A DNA stretch of 64,000 bases from Minisyncoccota bacterium (GTDB taxonomy: Bacteria; Patescibacteriota; Minisyncoccia; Phycocordibacterales; Phycocordibacteraceae), in contig DASWXP010000002.1 of the NCBI GenBank assembly GCA_036405415.1, positions 427,678 through 491,677 of the forward strand, given 5' to 3'. This document shows, piece after piece, positions 28,032-37,957 of this stretch. Each line of letters opens with the position of its first letter. Position 1 is the first letter of the stretch. The notes beneath the pieces are model-generated. The model ran no database searches and was not told the origin of the DNA. It saw nothing but the letters and a program-made list of their open reading frames with translations. The translations under genes were made by a program, and so were the position numbers.

Positions 28032-28315
28032 GATTCCTATCCCCAGAAGGAGGCTTGCGGCGATTAGAGCGCCAGGAATCCAGTATGCATTTCGATCGTT
28101 CGCCAGGGCGATGGGATCGGAAGGTTTAAGAGGGTCAGAAATAGGGGAACCAGGGGTATTTCAGCGTTTCTTCAGAATACAAATATGGCGTATATAGGCC
28201 ATATCTTGCGTGTCAGCCACTCACTCGATGAAGCTAGTATAAACGCTCTGAGGGAGGGGTCAACCGCCCCCAAAATAGGGTGTTGAGAGCGATATTCGGG
28301 TATAGTTGGCAAGGC

Positions 28316-30235
28316 ATGCAGCACCTCGAAGGACTCAACGACGCGCAGCGGGAAGCGGTTCTCGCGACGGACGGTCCTATATCGGTGCTCGCGGGCGCAG
28401 GGTCCGGAAAAACCCGTGTTCTCACCACCCGCATCTACCACCTCATCAAGAACGGCACCCCTGCAGACCGCATCCTTGCCGTTACCTTCACCAACAAGGC
28501 GGCCCGGGAGATGAAAGAGCGCCTCGCGCACCGCCTCGGCGGTACGCCGCTTCCGATGGTAGCTACGTTCCACGGGCTCGGCCGTGAGATCCTGCAGCGC
28601 TACGGCAGCCGCATCGGCGTGCCGCGGTACTTCACCATCTTCGACCGCGACGACTCGAAGGATGCGGTGAAGCAGGTACTCAAGGAGATGGACATCGACC
28701 CTAAGGAGCTCTCTCCAGGGTTCGTGCTCTCGCGCATCTCGAAAGAGAAGGGGGAAGGAAGAACCGCAGAAGAATTCCGCGAATCGGACGGACGCCGCAG
28801 CTTCCAAATGCGCGTGGTGTCAGAGGTGTGGCCGCGATACGAAGCGATCGTACGCAAGGAGAAAGCGCTCGATTTCGACGACCTGATCTGCCTTCCCGTA
28901 CGCCTTCTGCGCGATCACGAAGACATCCGTCAGGAAGCGGAAGCGCTCTACTCCTACATCCACGTCGACGAGTTCCAGGATACGAACGGGCTGCAGGGAA
29001 AGCTCGCGGGATACCTCGCAGCAAAGCACAAGAACCTCTTCGTGGTGGGGGACATCGATCAGACCATATACACCTGGCGCGGCGCTACCATCGAGAACCT
29101 CCTCAAATTCGAAGAGACCTACCCGAACGCGAAGACCATCGTGCTCGCGCATAACTACCGCTCCACGAAGACCATCGTCGCAGCCGGAAACCAGATAATC
29201 GAGAAGAACGAGAACCGGAAGGAGAAGCGCGCCGTAACGGACAACCCTGACGGCGAGCGCATCAAGCTGCATCTTGCGCGAAGCGCCGAGAGCGAGGCGC
29301 GCTACATCGCACGCGAAGCCAGGAAAGCGATGCGCGAAGGCGTCCCAGCAGAAGAGATCGCCGTACTGTTCCGCACGAACTTCCAGTCGCGCGCGCTCGA
29401 GGAGGCATTCCTCGGGGAAGGGGTGCCGTACAAGGTCTTAGGTACGCGGTTCTTGGACCGCAGAGAGGTCCGCGACGTGCTTGCGTGGGTGCGCCTTGCG
29501 CTTGATCCCGCACGCGAAGCGGACCGCATTCGCGCAGCCCAAGCGCCATCGCGCGGCATCGGGAAAGTGACACTTGGAAAGCTTGCTGCAGGGGACAGGG
29601 AAGCGCTTCGACCTGCAGAGCGTACGAAGGTCGCCGCGTTTGAAGAGGTCGTAGCATCGCTCCACGAAGCGGCGCTTTCGCTTACGCCGTCTGAGTTCGT
29701 GCGTCTCGTTATCGAGAAATCAGGACTCGAGGCGTCGCTCCAGAAGGGCGGGGAAGAGGATCAAGAGCGCCTCGAGAACGCGAAGGAGCTCGCAACACTC
29801 GCAAGCCGTTTCGATCACCTTTCAGGAGAGGAAGGTATCGCCGCGTTCCTCGCCGAGAGCGCGCTCGCCGGGGATCAGGACGAGATGGACGCGCCCGGGA
29901 AGAAGAATCTTCCGGGCGTGACGCTCATGACAGTGCATGCCGCGAAAGGACTCGAATTCGATACGGTATTCGTGTCCGGCATGGAAGAAGGACTGTTCCC
30001 GCACCAGGGACACGAAGGAGAGAAGCGGGACGAGGAAGAAGAGCGCCGCCTCTTCTACGTGGCTGTGACGCGCGCGAAGCGACGTCTCTATCTCACACTC
30101 GCTAAGGTGCGCCGTATCTACGGCACCGATTTCGTGTCTGAGCCGTCCTCGTTCATCCGCGACATCGACGAAGCGCTCATCGAGTACTCGGAGAGCGACG
30201 AGCCGCCGTTCGGCGAGCGCTATATTTACATATAA
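28316..30235 (+). CDS. ATP-dependent DNA helicase UvrD/PcrA family
   Basis: Helicase motifs I (AGAGSGKTRVLT), II (DEFQDTN), and III through VI. Start chosen at MQHLEGLNDAQ; the ORF-track start is 28280. Confidence 0.9.
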   Translation: MQHLEGLNDAQREAVLATDGPISVLAGAGSGKTRVLTTRIYHLIKNGTPADRILAVTFTNKAAREMKERLAHRLGGTPLPMVATFHGLGREILQRYGSRIGVPRYFTIFDRDDSKDAVKQVLKEMDIDPKELSPGFVLSRISKEKGEGRTAEEFRESDGRRSFQMRVVSEVWPRYEAIVRKEKALDFDDLICLPVRLLRDHEDIRQEAEALYSYIHVDEFQDTNGLQGKLAGYLAAKHKNLFVVGDIDQTIYTWRGATIENLLKFEETYPNAKTIVLAHNYRSTKTIVAAGNQIIEKNENRKEKRAVTDNPDGERIKLHLARSAESEARYIAREARKAMREGVPAEEIAVLFRTNFQSRALEEAFLGEGVPYKVLGTRFLDRREVRDVLAWVRLALDPAREADRIRAAQAPSRGIGKVTLGKLAAGDREALRPAERTKVAAFEEVVASLHEAALSLTPSEFVRLVIEKSGLEASLQKGGEEDQERLENAKELATLASRFDHLSGEEGIAAFLAESALAGDQDEMDAPGKKNLPGVTLMTVHAAKGLEFDTVFVSGMEEGLFPHQGHEGEKRDEEEERRLFYVAVTRAKRRLYLTLAKVRRIYGTDFVSEPSSFIRDIDEALIEYSESDEPPFGERYIYI

Positions 30236-30237
30236 GT

Positions 30238-31014
30238 ATGTTCGCGAAGAAATCCCTTGGCCAGAACTTCCTAATGCACCGGCAGACTGCTGAGCGTATC
30301 GTCGTCGCTGCCGCGCTCCCCGAGAATGCGCTCGTGCTCGAGATAGGGCCGGGAACCGGCATGCTCACGAAGGAGCTGCTGGCGGCAGGGCATCGCGTAG
30401 TTGCGGTAGAAGCGGACAATGCGCTTGCGCCGGAGCTCGAAGAAACGTTTAAGGACGAAGTGGGGCAGGGGAAGCTTCGGGTGGTGCACGGCGACATCCG
30501 GGAATTTGACCCGAAGGACGTGGGTGAGACGTACCATCTCGTCGCCAACATCCCGTACTACATAACCGGCGAGATCATCCGTCAGTTCCTCACAGCCGCG
30601 CACAAGCCCCGATCCATGACCCTCCTCGTCCAGAAGGAGGTAGCCGAGCGCATTGCGCGCTCGAAGAAGGAGAGCCTGCTTTCTCTGTCCGTTAAGGCAT
30701 ACGGAGAACCTAAATACTGCTTTACCGTACCCCGGGGCGCCTTCCGGCCCGCGCCGAACGTGGATTCGGCTGTCCTATATATAGGAAACGTGGGTTCAGG
30801 AGCGTTCAAGGGCTCAGAAGCGAGCTTTTTCGAGGTTCTGCATGTTGGGTTCGCGCATAAGCGCAAGCGCTTGGCGAAGAACCTTGCGGAGAAGTGGGGA
30901 AGCGACGCTGTGACAGCCGCGTTCGCCCGGCTCGCGCTGCCTGAAAACATCCGCGCCGAAGACCTGTCGCTCGAGCGCTGGCTCGGCCTCGCGAACGAAC
31001 TCACGCAGCCGTAG
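30238..31014 (+). CDS. rsmA: 16S rRNA (adenine1518/1519-N6)-dimethyltransferase
   Basis: GQNFL start motif, the SAM-binding EIGPGTG motif and NIPY. Confidence 0.9.
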   Translation: MFAKKSLGQNFLMHRQTAERIVVAAALPENALVLEIGPGTGMLTKELLAAGHRVVAVEADNALAPELEETFKDEVGQGKLRVVHGDIREFDPKDVGETYHLVANIPYYITGEIIRQFLTAAHKPRSMTLLVQKEVAERIARSKKESLLSLSVKAYGEPKYCFTVPRGAFRPAPNVDSAVLYIGNVGSGAFKGSEASFFEVLHVGFAHKRKRLAKNLAEKWGSDAVTAAFARLALPENIRAEDLSLERWLGLANELTQP

Positions 31015-31095
31015 GGGGTGCGTGCAATACACAACTCGTATCTTCCTTTCGTGAAGGGTTGATGATTCGTGCGTGGTACTATTTCGCTAAGGAAT

Positions 31096-32100
31096 ATGGC
31101 TCATTCTGCACGCACTCTTCGCATCATCGGCGCATCGCTGCTCGCACTCCTCATGATAGGAGGCTCGTATATGTTCTCGGGTCCTACGCCCTGGGGCAGG
31201 GTAGCCGAGGCAGAGTCGGCAGAAGAGCTCCTCAAGGCATACGCAGCCAAGGACACCGACACGGACGGGCTCCCGGACTGGCAGGAGTCGCTCTACGGCA
31301 CTGACCCTAATAACCCGGAGTCCTTCCAGGCAGGGATCAAGGATGGGGAGGCAGTGGCGCAAGGGCTCGTGCAGCCGAGGGTAGCGGTGCGTCCCGAGGA
31401 TGAGCCTATCGACCCGAGCACGATTCCGGGAACCGTCGCAGCGCCGTCCTCGGTAACCGACCGCTTCTCGCAGACGCTTCTCAAGCAGTACCTGCTCAGC
31501 CGCGGCGAGAACCCGCCGACCCCCGCCGAGATAACGGCGTTCGTCACGGACGCTCTCGCAGACCTCTCGCTGAGCTCGCAGCACCCTGACGCCTTCTCGC
31601 TTGCGGACGTACGCGCTTCCTCCGAGACCGGCACGGACGGCCTCGCCCTGTACGCCGCTCGCGCAGAAGAGGCGCTCGCTTCGCAGAATATTCGCCCTGC
31701 GAAGAATGAGCTCTTCTACTTCTCTGATGCCGTAAAAGGCAACTCGAGCGCGCTCGGAAAGATCAGGCAGATCAGCGACGCGTACGAGGCGTCGAGCCGC
31801 GCATTCATGCAGGTGCCGGTACCGGAGGAAGCGCGCAGGGCACATCTTTCGGTCGCGAACGCGCTGAACGGCATGGCTGCCATCACGGAAGATCTTGCGT
31901 CCCTTGAGACTGATCCGCTTCGTGCGCTCGTTGGCCTTGCAGCATACGACAAGCAGTCCGCAGAGCTTATCCGCGCGCTCGCTTCCATGCATAACGTGCT
32001 TTCGGCGCGCTCGGTGTCCATACCAGCAGGGCAATCCGGTGCGGAATTCCTGTTCCTCGCCGAAGAGTCAGCACGGAGCGCGGCAGCCGGCCAGCAATAA
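31096..32100 (+). CDS. membrane-anchored hypothetical protein (first gene of the plus-strand T4SS-like block)
   Basis: N-terminal TM anchor, then an acidic/Ala-rich extracytoplasmic region. The alternative start is 31069. Confidence 0.45.
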   Translation: MAHSARTLRIIGASLLALLMIGGSYMFSGPTPWGRVAEAESAEELLKAYAAKDTDTDGLPDWQESLYGTDPNNPESFQAGIKDGEAVAQGLVQPRVAVRPEDEPIDPSTIPGTVAAPSSVTDRFSQTLLKQYLLSRGENPPTPAEITAFVTDALADLSLSSQHPDAFSLADVRASSETGTDGLALYAARAEEALASQNIRPAKNELFYFSDAVKGNSSALGKIRQISDAYEASSRAFMQVPVPEEARRAHLSVANALNGMAAITEDLASLETDPLRALVGLAAYDKQSAELIRALASMHNVLSARSVSIPAGQSGAEFLFLAEESARSAAAGQQ

Positions 32101-32106
32101 AAGAGT

Positions 32107-33558
32107 ATGCGAAACCTTCTACCCCAGACCATTGCGACCCTCGCGCTTGCTTTTGTGTTACTCAGTCCAAGCGCTGCACATGCGGTAGCGGGCCCGGTTG
32201 TAGAGGTGGGTCCTGCGCTCGTCACGCAGAAGCTCACCCTCATCGAAAGCGGCATAAGCGCCGTGAAGAACGCCGCATCGGTCACGAAGGAATACATCCT
32301 CGACACGCTTGCCTGGGAGGTCGCGAACATGGCGATCGAATCCATAACCGCAAGCACGGTCAATTGGATAAATTCCGGGTTCCAGGGGTCTCCTGCGTTC
32401 GTCACCGATCTTCAGCAGAACCTCCGCGGCGTTGACGACGCTATCGCGGCGCGATTCTTCGAGGAGCTCTCGAACCAGGAGATCGAGACGACGCCTTTCC
32501 AGGACCGTGTGCTCGATGCGGTACGGCTCGGCTATTACCTGCGCACCAGCCCTGAATCTTTCTACACGCGCTACCCGAACACGCTCAGCGCCGTGAGCGA
32601 CAACCCGAGCGCCTTCCTGGCAGGGGATTTCAGTCAGGGAGGCTGGGACGCCTGGTTCCAGACGGTTATGAACCCGTCGAACAATCCGCTCAGCGCGCTA
32701 GACCTCATCAACCGCGAGCTCGAAGATGCGGTTTCGTCTGGCACCGGCACCAGGCTCCAGGAGCTCTCCTGGAACCGCGGCTTCTTGCAGTGGTGCGGCG
32801 ATGAGATCTCCGGCGAACAGGATGCTGGAGAGCAGCAGACGCTCGCGCTCGGACAGACCGACCAGTGTGTCGGGAAGAAGACGAGGACTCCAGGCGTCGT
32901 TATACAAGAGCAGCTCAATCAGGCGGTGGGTTCGGGCATGGAGCGTCTTACGGTCGCGGATGATTTCAATGAGATAATCGGCGCACTCCTCAACCAGCTC
33001 GCGCTCCAGGTGCTCGGGGGAGGGAATGGAGGAGGCCTCGTCGGTGCGAGTCGACCTTCTGCCGGCGGCGGCGCTTCATTCATAGATTCAACACGCGGCC
33101 AGGGCTCGGGTTCCGGTGCAGGACTCAGCGCATCGTTCCTCGCCACCATACAGAACCAGCGCACTCAGGTCGAACGGTTCCAGGCGAACTGGACGAAGAT
33201 CCGCGGTGCTGCTGAAGCAGCAGCACAGCAGTGTGGATCAAACGGAACACCTGACGCGCAGGCGGCGCTTGATAGGGCAGGTGCGCAGCTCGTGCGCGCA
33301 GCAGACGCGCTCGCTGCCATCGCTGAGCTCGAAGCGGATATCAGTGAGGCAAATGCCGAAGGCGGAAACCAGTCCGCAGCGCTTGCAGGTATCTCAAGCA
33401 GGTACGGCACACTCATAAACACGAACGTGCTTCCGACACCGGAGGAGATATCTGAGGCTGAGAACGGGGCACAGGACACGGGTGATGCCGACCCAGGATC
33501 CCTGTACAGCCAGTTGATGCGCCAGTCTTCGTCGTTGTCCTGCCGTGCGGATACTTAG
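32107..33558 (+). CDS. secreted hypothetical protein
   Basis: Signal peptide ending AHA, Gly/Ser-rich central region and coiled-coil. Confidence 0.5.
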   Translation: MRNLLPQTIATLALAFVLLSPSAAHAVAGPVVEVGPALVTQKLTLIESGISAVKNAASVTKEYILDTLAWEVANMAIESITASTVNWINSGFQGSPAFVTDLQQNLRGVDDAIAARFFEELSNQEIETTPFQDRVLDAVRLGYYLRTSPESFYTRYPNTLSAVSDNPSAFLAGDFSQGGWDAWFQTVMNPSNNPLSALDLINRELEDAVSSGTGTRLQELSWNRGFLQWCGDEISGEQDAGEQQTLALGQTDQCVGKKTRTPGVVIQEQLNQAVGSGMERLTVADDFNEIIGALLNQLALQVLGGGNGGGLVGASRPSAGGGASFIDSTRGQGSGSGAGLSASFLATIQNQRTQVERFQANWTKIRGAAEAAAQQCGSNGTPDAQAALDRAGAQLVRAADALAAIAELEADISEANAEGGNQSAALAGISSRYGTLINTNVLPTPEEISEAENGAQDTGDADPGSLYSQLMRQSSSLSCRADT

Positions 33559-33561
33559 GCT

Positions 33562-36096
33562 ATGCGAGGATTGCTCCGCATATCACTGATCTTCGTCGCA
33601 CTGCTGCTAGTGGGCGCACAGGATGTTCATGCTTTTTCCGGCATTCCGGCCATAGATGCACAGGTGACACAGCAACAGCTCCAAGCAATAGGAACTACTT
33701 GTTCAAGTGCTCAAGGGGCACAGAAAACACGAGGAGCGTTCGGCGAACGGGGTACCGGCACGAAGGACTCTTGTATTGCAGAGGATGATGATCACAGGAT
33801 TTTCTGTAGATACAGCTCCGCGAGCGGACAGTACAGAGATGCCGAGTATTGCCAAATAACCTATAAAGACATTCAGCCTCCTGCAGAGAACACGAAGACC
33901 GTAGACGTGAACCTGCTTAACGTGACCGGCGGCGGCGTTGACCAAGACGTAACCACACAGCAAGAAGCCGACAGTTCCGGGCAGGTGGCCTCAGCCCCAA
34001 AGTCTTGTAGCGCATTCGATATCGCAGCATGTATCCGCGCGCTCCCGGGGATGCTCTTCGTGGCGCTCGGATTCATATTCCTCACGATCTCGGGACTCAT
34101 CCTGTTCTTGGCGGGAACGCTCTTCAACTGGGTGGTACTGCGCACAGTGTTCCAGTTCGGGGAGTATTTCGGCACGTCCGAAGGCATGCTCGTGGCGTGG
34201 GGTGTGGTGCGCGACATCGCGAACATAGGCCTTCTCTTCGGCTTCATCCTCATGGGCGTCCTGCTCATCCTGAACGTCGACGGGGGAGGGCACGGGCATG
34301 GGCACGGAGGCGGCATCAGCGCCAAGAAGGCGATACCGCGCCTAATCATCTTCGCGGTGCTCCTCAACTTCAGCCTCTTCACAACGCAGTTCGTCGTTGA
34401 TATCGCGAACGCGTTCGGCTCCACCTTCACGACCCTGGCGGGCGACACAGAGTGCGAAGCGGGCGTCTCGGGAGGAACAGGAGGGTCAGAGAGCCTCGAG
34501 GATTGCGCCGTGAAGACCGGCATCTCAGGAAAGATCCTCGCTGCGACCGGCATAACCAAGATCAACGACCTGGACGCCGCGAAAGAAGGCATCGAGATGT
34601 TCTTCAACAGGACGTATCAGTACGCCACGTCGCTCATGATGCTTTCCGTCTTCGTGCTCATAACCGCTATGGTGCTGCTCGCGGGCGCGGTCATGTTGGT
34701 CATACGCGTCGTCGTGCTCTCGTTCCTTATGGTGACGTCGCCTATCGGGTTCGCTGGTATGGTGATACCGGGACTGTCGGGCATCGCGCAGAAGTGGTGG
34801 GACACCCTTATACACCAGGCATTCTTCGCTCCGGTGTACCTGCTGCTTATCTTCATCAGCATCAAGCTCACCGAAGGCCTCATCGGCAACGGCAACAACC
34901 TCACGAACGCTATCATCGGGAACCAGGGCGTGGGCACCGCGGGGAACGTCCAGGTCGTGATGATCTATGCGATTGTTATCGGCTTCATGATCGCCTCGCT
35001 CGTAGCTGCCCAGAAGATGGGCGCGATGGGCGCGAAGTTCGCTACGAGCTCGGCAGCTGCCCTTACGGTCGGCAGCGCAGGATTTGTCGGAAGGAGAACG
35101 CTCGGTGTGGGCTCTGAGATGGCTGCTAAGCGAATCGCCCAGTCCTCATGGGCGCGCAATAATGGCTTCGGGAGCAGGACCGCATACAACCTCTTCAACA
35201 AGGGAGCCACATCGAGCTTCAGCCTCCGCAACGGCCTTGGCGGCGCGGCTAAGGGCATGGGTCTCGACATGGGTAAGGCTAGCAAGGACGTTTCGCATGG
35301 CATACATGGCATCGTAGAAAAGGAAGTAAAGGCGCGAAAGGAGTTCGCGGACAAGGGAATCAAGCAGACGGGTGCAGAGGTGGCGCAAGAGAATGCGCTC
35401 AAGGACGAGAAGGAGCAGTTGAAATACTACAAGAGCGCCGCTCAGGAACAGGCCGCACGAGACAAGGATACTGATGAGGCTCCTATCAAAGCACAGGAGA
35501 ACGCCTACAAGGCCATGGCGGACGCCCGCACTGAAGCTATTGAAAGTAAGAAGAGGGGAATCGCCTCACTTATCAAAGCAGGCGGTGGCGGTGATGCGCT
35601 TAAGCGCGAAGAAGAGGCGCTTGAAGCCCTCGAAGAGGCACATGCTCAGGCTTCTGCAACGGAGGCGGCAGATATCGCGGCGAGGAAGCAGCTCCTCGAC
35701 GAGCGGCAGGCTCGCTATCAGCAGACGATCAAGGGATACGATGACCGCAGCAAGCAGATCGATCGCGAGATCAGTGGGTACGAGGAGTTCGACCCTGCAA
35801 CCCGCAAGATGGTCTGGCGTCCTGGCGTCTCTCAAGATTCAGCACGGCGTACATACGGCGAAGCCATCAAGGCGCAACACGGTCTTCCTTGGCCGTCAGT
35901 GGGTCACCACGTGAACGAAGAAGCGGCCGCTGACATCATCAAGAAGCTCAAGAAGAGCAAGCGTGACAAGCTCATCGATGCGCTCAAGGAGAACGCGAAG
36001 GACGAAGAGAAGGAAGAGAAGAAGGATGATCATGGAGGAGGAGATGACCACGGAAAGGGTGGCGACAAGGGTGGTGGCGGACATGCACCTCACTAG
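33562..36096 (+). CDS. VirB6/TrbL-like polytopic membrane protein with a long charged C-terminal tail
   Basis: Signal peptide, a Cys-containing periplasmic domain, at least six TM helices, then a roughly 300-aa coiled-coil/charged tail ending in a Gly/His-rich stretch. The assignment rests on topology and operon context, not a motif match. Confidence 0.45.
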   Translation: MRGLLRISLIFVALLLVGAQDVHAFSGIPAIDAQVTQQQLQAIGTTCSSAQGAQKTRGAFGERGTGTKDSCIAEDDDHRIFCRYSSASGQYRDAEYCQITYKDIQPPAENTKTVDVNLLNVTGGGVDQDVTTQQEADSSGQVASAPKSCSAFDIAACIRALPGMLFVALGFIFLTISGLILFLAGTLFNWVVLRTVFQFGEYFGTSEGMLVAWGVVRDIANIGLLFGFILMGVLLILNVDGGGHGHGHGGGISAKKAIPRLIIFAVLLNFSLFTTQFVVDIANAFGSTFTTLAGDTECEAGVSGGTGGSESLEDCAVKTGISGKILAATGITKINDLDAAKEGIEMFFNRTYQYATSLMMLSVFVLITAMVLLAGAVMLVIRVVVLSFLMVTSPIGFAGMVIPGLSGIAQKWWDTLIHQAFFAPVYLLLIFISIKLTEGLIGNGNNLTNAIIGNQGVGTAGNVQVVMIYAIVIGFMIASLVAAQKMGAMGAKFATSSAAALTVGSAGFVGRRTLGVGSEMAAKRIAQSSWARNNGFGSRTAYNLFNKGATSSFSLRNGLGGAAKGMGLDMGKASKDVSHGIHGIVEKEVKARKEFADKGIKQTGAEVAQENALKDEKEQLKYYKSAAQEQAARDKDTDEAPIKAQENAYKAMADARTEAIESKKRGIASLIKAGGGGDALKREEEALEALEEAHAQASATEAADIAARKQLLDERQARYQQTIKGYDDRSKQIDREISGYEEFDPATRKMVWRPGVSQDSARRTYGEAIKAQHGLPWPSVGHHVNEEAAADIIKKLKKSKRDKLIDALKENAKDEEKEEKKDDHGGGDDHGKGGDKGGGGHAPH

Positions 36097-36108
36097 TACA
36101 ATGCACCT

Positions 36109-36858
36109 ATGGATACCCCCGAGGAACTTGATGACGCAGATGTGAGTGCCGCCGTCGCTTCGGCGATGCGTGACCTGCCTAAGCCGGTACGCGATTTCCT
36201 CAAGAGCGATGAGCGCGACGTGGTGGTACGCGACCTGTCTGCGAAGTACAACCTCCATGTAGACCAGGCAGGGGAGTTCGAGCGCGCGTTCATACTCATG
36301 CTGCTCGGCGTCGAGCGTCCTGAGGAATTTATGGCATCGCTTTCAGCGACCGGACTAACTGCTGACGTCATCAACGGCCTGGCAACGGACCTTAATGAGC
36401 GGGTGTTCACTCCGTTGCGGGACGCCGAGCGCTTGGCAGCAACCACCCCGGTACCCGTTCCGCCAAAGAAGCCTGAGCCGATCCCGCCGCCTGCGCTCGA
36501 CTACCAGCCAGCGCAGACCCTTCCAGGGTCGCCGGTCCCAGCTCCCATGCCCGCGCTCGCTGTTGCTCCACAGGCGCCCGTTGCGCAGCAGCATATCGTA
36601 CATGCGATGCCAGAGACGCATCAGGCAGGGTGGCATCCAGCAGCGGCAGTTCACATATTCGTTCCCACACACCAGGCCATGCCTCAGCCGGTTCCTGTAG
36701 CTGCGACCCCTGTTCCTGTACAGCCTGAGCCGGCGCCAGTTGTACCTGCTGCGCCCGCACCCGCACCTGAGGTTCCTGTGGCAGCAGAGGTGGTGGTATC
36801 GCAACCTCCTCCTATAACGAAGAGTTACGGCGCTGATCCGTATCGCGAACCGATTTAA
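36109..36858 (+). CDS. Pro-rich hypothetical protein
   Basis: Globular N-terminal 120 aa, then a PxP-rich low-complexity region. Confidence 0.4.
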   Translation: MDTPEELDDADVSAAVASAMRDLPKPVRDFLKSDERDVVVRDLSAKYNLHVDQAGEFERAFILMLLGVERPEEFMASLSATGLTADVINGLATDLNERVFTPLRDAERLAATTPVPVPPKKPEPIPPPALDYQPAQTLPGSPVPAPMPALAVAPQAPVAQQHIVHAMPETHQAGWHPAAAVHIFVPTHQAMPQPVPVAATPVPVQPEPAPVVPAAPAPAPEVPVAAEVVVSQPPPITKSYGADPYREPI

Positions 36859-36905
36859 CCAACCGCGCGCGATGCTCGTGCGCAGCATCGGGTATACTGA
36901 TAGCG

Positions 36906-37319
36906 ATGGAGTACCAGGTCCCGCAGTTCATTGAGGTCGAAGACAAGATCTTCGGACCGTTCACGCTCAAGCAGTTCGTATACGTCGCGGGCGGGGTAGG
37001 GCTCTGCGCGATCCTTCTCCTGTACTTGCCGCTCATCGTCGGCATCTTCCTCGCGATTCCGGTAGCCGCGTTCACCGCTGCGCTCGCGTTCTACAAGATT
37101 AACAACAAGCCGTTCGTAGATATTCTCGAAGCCGGCTTCAACTACTACATCGGCAACCGGCTGTATCTCTGGAAGAAGGAGCAGCCCCAGGCGCCGGCAG
37201 CACCTACGATACAGGCTCCCGTAACACCGACAGACACACAGAAGCTCGGCCTTACCCAAGGAAAGCTCAAGGACCTCGCGTGGTCTCTAGATATCCAGGA
37301 TAGGGAGCCTGGCGCATAA
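36906..37319 (+). CDS. PrgI-family (VirB3-like) small membrane protein
   Basis: N-terminus VPQFIEVEDKIFGPFTLKQFVYVAGG and two TM helices, the typical PrgI signature. It lies immediately upstream of the VirB4 ATPase. Confidence 0.6.
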   Translation: MEYQVPQFIEVEDKIFGPFTLKQFVYVAGGVGLCAILLLYLPLIVGIFLAIPVAAFTAALAFYKINNKPFVDILEAGFNYYIGNRLYLWKKEQPQAPAAPTIQAPVTPTDTQKLGLTQGKLKDLAWSLDIQDREPGA

Positions 37320-37324
37320 CCCGT

Positions 37325-37954
37325 ATGTCTCCGACCAAGACCACCCAGTCGTTCGTACCGGTGAAGGAAGTGCGCAACGGCGTGATTGTCCTTAAGAATG
37401 ACGGTTACCGCGCTGTCCTGATGTGTTCTTCGATAAACTTCGCGCTTAAGGGCGAAGACGAGCAGCGCGCCATCATCGGCGGATTCCAGAGCCTCCTTAA
37501 CACGCTCGATTTCTCGATCCAGATCGTCGTCCATTCGCGCAAGACTGATATCCGCCCGTACCTCGCCCTCCTTGAGACGCGCATGCAGGACCAGACCACG
37601 GAGCTTATGCGCCTGCAGCTTCGCGAGTACATCCAGTTCATCCGCAACTTCATCGATTCGAGCGACATCATGTCGAAGCTCTTCTACGTCGTGGTGCCGT
37701 ACACCCCGGGGGCAGGGGGTATCGTGAAGCAGGCCGCGCCGCTCTTCGGCGGGAAGCCTGTCCCCCAGGGACAAGGCCAGGGTTCGTTCGAGGAGCACCG
37801 CGTACAGCTCGAGCAGCGCATGGCGCTGGTCGTCTCAGGCCTCGCCTCAAGCGGCGTGCGTGCGGTGCCGCTTGGAACCGAGGAGATCATCGAGCTCCTG
37901 TACCGATCTTTCAACCTCTCAGAGCTCGAGAATCCTATCCACCTAGCCGCATAG
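37325..37954 (+). CDS. VirB4/TrbE-family ATPase, N-terminal segment (ends at in-frame TAG)
   Basis: N-terminal VirB4 signature VPVKEVRNGVIVLKNDGYRAVLMCSSINFALKGEDEQ. It is in the same frame as the following ORF, separated only by TAG-CCT. Confidence 0.65.
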   Translation: MSPTKTTQSFVPVKEVRNGVIVLKNDGYRAVLMCSSINFALKGEDEQRAIIGGFQSLLNTLDFSIQIVVHSRKTDIRPYLALLETRMQDQTTELMRLQLREYIQFIRNFIDSSDIMSKLFYVVVPYTPGAGGIVKQAAPLFGGKPVPQGQGQGSFEEHRVQLEQRMALVVSGLASSGVRAVPLGTEEIIELLYRSFNLSELENPIHLAA

Positions 37955-37957
37955 CCT

